A DNA stretch of 27,926 bases from a virus (taxonomy: Duplodnaviria; Caudoviricetes): the IMG/VR virus record IMGVR_UViG_3300015370_001127, positions 1 to 27,926 of that record. One strand, written 5' to 3'. The notes beneath the pieces were generated by a model. It ran no database searches. It saw only the letters and a program-made list of their open reading frames with translations, and was not told the DNA's origin. The position numbers and the translations under genes were made by a program. Below are positions 25,201-27,926 of the stretch, piece after piece. The number at the start of each line of letters is the position of its first letter. Within the stretch, counting starts at the first letter, position 1.

Positions 25201-26970
25201 TCTACACCAACCATAGCGGCTACACAGTGGTTCGGGTTTGCCAAGATAGAATGGTCTGATGTCAGCGATGAAGACTTGAAATATTACGAAGTCTATAAAT
25301 CTCCCACCAATGTTTGGGGAGGCGAGGAGGCTTTAGAGGCAAAGGTTCCCGGCACAGCGGCTATAGTTCAGGGTAATGCTCCGGTTGACGCCAAGGCTGA
25401 CGCGGCGGATGCAACAAGCATTACGGACGCGGATATCGCTGGCTATGGCACTGATTATTTTGTCGGCGATGTGATCGTTCAGACAAGCGGGACATATGAA
25501 GGTCAGGAGGCAATAGTCACGGCCTACAATAATTCGACAGGGCAGGTTTCGGTGGCTTCCTGGCCGTCCGGTACGCCTGACGTCGATGATGAGTTCGTTA
25601 TAAAAGACAGGGCTTATTATAAAGTAAGGGCGGCAGACACTTATGGTCCCGGGAGTTTCTCCTCGGCCGTTACGATAAATTTTACGCCTTTAGCCGAGGC
25701 GGAAATAGGAGATGCTGTAATATCGGCAAGAAAGCTGATTGTGGGAGAATTGATTACTTTATCCGCTCAGATAAAAGACCTTATTGTAACGAATGCAAAG
25801 ATCCTTGATTTGGATGGGGGCAAAATCACCGCTGAATCCATAACACTTTCCAAATTGGCTAGCGATGCGATTCCGCCTAAGACATACTATCAGGATGAGG
25901 AACCTGTCGCTGGTATGAACGACGGAGACTATTGGATTGACACTGACGATAATAATAAGCTTTATATCTATCAAGTTGATACCTGGGAAGTAGTATCCGA
26001 GAGTGGCGGCGGTGGCGGTATAACCGTCTTTCGGCAAGACGCCATTCCTACCGCCCTGGCCACAGGTGATTTATGGATTGACACTGACGACGGAGACAAG
26101 ATGTACCGCGCTACTAACCCGGGCGATGATGAGATAATTGCAGGAGAGTGGGAATTGATAGATGTGGCTGCTGCGACAGGCTGGGCGCACGGTTCCGATA
26201 TAACAAAGATCGACGGCGGAAAGATTTATACGGATTCAATTGACGCCGACAAGATAAATGTAAATCAACTGGATGCATTGGCAGTCAATACCGGAAGCCT
26301 GACGGTAGATGAATATATACAAAGCTCTGATTATGTGGAAGGTGTCACCGGTTTTAAATTAACCAATAATGCCGGTTTAAAAATCTGGACCGGAGAAGTG
26401 AACGTAGAGGCTCTATCCGGGATTATCACACAGATAAAAGAAGCTACCGTAACTAATCAATCTATAGCTTCTACTACTTTTGTTGATTTATTAACGGTGG
26501 CTTTAACTACAGAAGTTTCCAATTTATTGATAATTTTCTCTGCCGGAGATACTTATGGCAGTGTAGATGGATGCTTGGTTGAATTCAGAATACAGGTTGA
26601 CGGTGTAACCAAGACAGGGGCTATTTATGGGATAGATGATATAGAGGCTACAGGGACAGGAGGGGCGGCTAATCCAGAAACCGATAATGCCGGAGACCAT
26701 CAGCATAATATTAACGCGGGTTGCGAGTATAGCCCCGATTGCGATAGTGAAGGAGACCATACCCATGGGATTAATTTTGATGATCATACTCACGAAATAG
26801 AAACTTTTAATTGGAGGGTCCCTCCGGCATTACAGAAATTTGTGGCAGTAAGCGCTACTTCTCATACCGTGAAAGTCCAATGGAGAAGAACCGGAATTGG
26901 AACGGCTTATATAGGAGCTACTTATGGGGCGCAGTTGACGGTTGTAGAATTCAGGAAAAGCGGGACATGA
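22258..26970 (+). CDS. Central tail fibre/host specificity protein (gpI-like N-terminus fused to gpJ-like body, FN3-like domains, variable tip)
   Basis: Ubiquitin-like start (GDEITVIPEV), GVPVAVVYGE, LALCEGEIE, YPNTALLG, NPVWCLKD..RYGLG, GDIISV, ALEYNENVY, FN3-like DLAGYEIR and DLKYYEVY. Confidence 0.92.
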   Translation: MVTIRNIENPFKLDQAEIKEFDYSRSETVRSLLDKSGFDYKDKRVIVTGKKIEDLDVRAEQGDEITVIPEVKAPVIAVISWIVSAVAAYAIAHPFIFAFYVLSLGYSIYQYMNQPKMADFNLGSTGLDEGSPTYGWDGVQTIQEVGVPVAVVYGEHKIGGNIINQFIRDAGDKHYLNVLLALCEGEIEEIGDIEINNNSVDNFDGVDTVKRYGTNDQSLIEDFEDLHNLYTVNVSLLKDDPHVYETVDADVEGFEILLRLNNGLYQQSSGGGINSWSVIYKVEYKLHTSGTWIDMGETGISDNSRSPVRRTYRKTGLTPGQYDIRVTRMSDDSSLDPLKQGDLTWYQLDELKTDSLNYPNTALLGLKLLATDQLSGGMPNITTVVKGKKVLIPNILNGATPVDWEDYYWDGVDYRLLSDDTLLSWDGSTYVEKYCANPVWCLKDFVTNNRYGLGEFISIGNLDAVSLLEMSRYCEEKIGDGDGGFEKRFRMDVVIDSNTKALDVLIQLCATFNAMPVYSAGGISFKIDKQANPTQLFSMGNIIKDSFVQSWKTLKEIPNVIEIQFMDKDKGYRQETIAYIDEDTLAAGDPMRKSQVRLFTTRASYAIRAGRYALKVAKYINRSISFKAGIDAVACQAGDIISVSHDIPQWGFSGRVQAGSTTTLVKLDRTMVIEDGKSYKIQVRFSDDTIEERSITSPAGSYTEIECTAFSTVPQAFDVYAIGETNKVKKDFRVVSIQREGKDEVQIAALEYNENVYDDSDVIIPDNNYSSLDFTIPLVSNVVLTERIITLADGTIENAIDVCFELPDLGASELMNRFKGVNVYYSDNDGLNWYYVGYTEGSSMSIIGNIEVGSTYKVCVTSVSYDGQETAKADSPTAEITITGNTTLPNDVSNFAYTFLNEIVFTWDDVPNADLAGYEIRTEDSNWGVQSAALIYSALANTFTIVTPSSRNPGTYYIKAYNTSGNYSETAQSVTPTNAAPSTPTIAATQWFGFAKIEWSDVSDEDLKYYEVYKSPTNVWGGEEALEAKVPGTAAIVQGNAPVDAKADAADATSITDADIAGYGTDYFVGDVIVQTSGTYEGQEAIVTAYNNSTGQVSVASWPSGTPDVDDEFVIKDRAYYKVRAADTYGPGSFSSAVTINFTPLAEAEIGDAVISARKLIVGELITLSAQIKDLIVTNAKILDLDGGKITAESITLSKLASDAIPPKTYYQDEEPVAGMNDGDYWIDTDDNNKLYIYQVDTWEVVSESGGGGGITVFRQDAIPTALATGDLWIDTDDGDKMYRATNPGDDEIIAGEWELIDVAAATGWAHGSDITKIDGGKIYTDSIDADKINVNQLDALAVNTGSLTVDEYIQSSDYVEGVTGFKLTNNAGLKIWTGEVNVEALSGIITQIKEATVTNQSIASTTFVDLLTVALTTEVSNLLIIFSAGDTYGSVDGCLVEFRIQVDGVTKTGAIYGIDDIEATGTGGAANPETDNAGDHQHNINAGCEYSPDCDSEGDHTHGINFDDHTHEIETFNWRVPPALQKFVAVSATSHTVKVQWRRTGIGTAYIGATYGAQLTVVEFRKSGT

Positions 26971-26987
26971 TAAGAGTGGAGGGTTAA

Positions 26988-27164
26988 ATGCTGGAAGAAT
27001 TGAAACAACAACTAAAGCGATTGGAAGGCACAGCAGTGCAGTTGAAGGAATCACGGGAAAAAGCAAAGATAGCCTATTGGCAGACCATAGGCCGCATAGC
27101 ACAGCTTGAGGATATCATTAAAACGCTGAAAGATGAGTCTGCTAAAAATAAAGATGGAAATTAA
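26988..27164 (+). CDS. Small coiled-coil protein (58 aa), possible fibre chaperone
   Basis: GGAGG RBS; manual translation MLEELKQQLKRLEGTAVQLKESREKAKIAYWQTIGRIAQLEDIIKTLKDESAKNKDGN. Confidence 0.7.
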   Translation: MLEELKQQLKRLEGTAVQLKESREKAKIAYWQTIGRIAQLEDIIKTLKDESAKNKDGN

Positions 27165-27168
27165 AGTT

Positions 27169-27420
27169 ATGCAGGAAAAAACTATACCCGAACGCTTGGC
27201 GGTCATCGAAACAGAGGTTACGAATATCAAAAATACTCTTGATGACATCAAGAACAATCATCTTAATTCTATCTACAAGAAATTTGACGATATCTGGAAG
27301 AAGTTCAACTGTTTCGAGAAGAAGCTAACCAATAGGCTGCCTTTGTGGGCGACATTGATGATAACGCTTTTGAGTTCTCTGGTCGTAGGGCTAATCGTAT
27401 ATGGAGTAATGAGAAAATGA
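27169..27420 (+). CDS. Holin-like/XhlA-like membrane protein (start 27133/27154/27169 uncertain)
   Basis: Coiled coil ERLAVIETEVTNIKNTLDDIK, then one C-terminal TM helix LWATLMITLLSSLVVGLIVYGV; follows the tail genes. Confidence 0.6.
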   Translation: MQEKTIPERLAVIETEVTNIKNTLDDIKNNHLNSIYKKFDDIWKKFNCFEKKLTNRLPLWATLMITLLSSLVVGLIVYGVMRK

Positions 27421-27434
27421 GGAGGTGAGATAAG

Positions 27435-27926
27435 GTGAAGAAAATAATCATAATCTCGGCGGCAGTTTTGGTACTATCCGGATGCGCGGGGATTCCTTTC
27501 CCGAAGATTACCACGCCCAAGAAACCCGAGACGGTTTATAACTGGCGCGAGGAAGTAACCACCAAGCCCAGGGCGATAATAGCCGATGATAAGGCTTACG
27601 TAGTTGAGGAAACAAAAAAGACCCTGCAGGTAGGATTGGAAAACACTCCCCGTAAATTGATGCTGGGAGAGAAAATCGGCAACTGGTTTTCTGGACTAAG
27701 CCTGCTGGCTATCATTGCTTTGATTGTAGGATTGGTCTTATGTCCTGGCGCGACTTTGGCCTGGCTGGTCAAACTTCTTTTCAAATGGAAAAGGGCAATG
27801 AGAGAGACGGTGGCGGCCATCAAGGAGGCCAAGGCGGTCGAGAATACCGAATTGCATAATGCCCTGAAAGATAAGCAGAGCGTCGAGACCAAAAAGATTG
27901 TCGGGCAAATAAAGGCGGATCTTTAA
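27435..27926 (+). CDS. Lipoprotein with internal TM segment (unimolecular spanin-like)
   Basis: MKKIIIISAAVLVLSG-C lipobox, about 65-aa polar segment, hydrophobic LSLLAIIALIVGLVLC..LAWLVKLLF, charged tail. GGAGGTGA RBS. Confidence 0.7.
   Translation: MKKIIIISAAVLVLSGCAGIPFPKITTPKKPETVYNWREEVTTKPRAIIADDKAYVVEETKKTLQVGLENTPRKLMLGEKIGNWFSGLSLLAIIALIVGLVLCPGATLAWLVKLLFKWKRAMRETVAAIKEAKAVENTELHNALKDKQSVETKKIVGQIKADL

Larger units (their letters stand above)
1..27926 (+). mobile_element. Lambda-like temperate siphovirus/prophage (boundaries and att sites not visible in window)
   Basis: Gene order is recombinase, early/replication, terminase, portal, protease, capsid, connector, tail, tail tip, lysis-like membrane genes. 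Nearly all genes are tightly packed on the + strand. Confidence 0.95.

Noticed and set aside
25933-26090. Repeat pair in the fibre gene as DGR template/variable repeats
   Set aside because: Both copies are coding and in frame, exact identity covers only 17 bp, and no reverse transcriptase is in the window.
1-27926. CRISPR array, tRNA or rRNA genes, att core duplication
   Set aside because: No regularly spaced repeat-spacer array, cloverleaf or terminal direct repeat was seen by eye.

Overview
The window is a compact, nearly complete lambda-like temperate siphovirus or prophage. Leftward, on the minus strand, is a large-serine-type recombinase whose C-terminal part appears to be replaced by foreign, IS-end-like DNA at the window edge. 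Rightward come a phage sigma-70/ECF-like factor, a replication initiator with internal iteron-like repeats, a putative cos region, a ParB-methyltransferase and Nu1/GpA-type terminases. These are followed by an Ogr/Delta-like Zn finger, a structured late leader, gpW, the portal, an unusual 4-gene cassette, the protease, decoration protein and major capsid. The rest is connector and tail genes with a -1 frameshift chaperone, a short tape measure, a lambda M/L/K/I-J-type tail tip, and holin-like and u-spanin-like genes. No CI-type repressor or endolysin is recognisable in the window. The most interesting part is the regulation. A 32-bp bipartite motif (TGCGACA-N10-AAAATCGGGATATAC) occurs three times with identical spacing, facing the recombinase, the sigma operon and the replication/packaging operon. 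The sigma gene is split by a 90-bp in-frame palindromic mini-element carrying a single amber stop. The late leader has two hairpins with self-complementary loops and a terminator. All family calls come from reading motifs and synteny; no searches were run.
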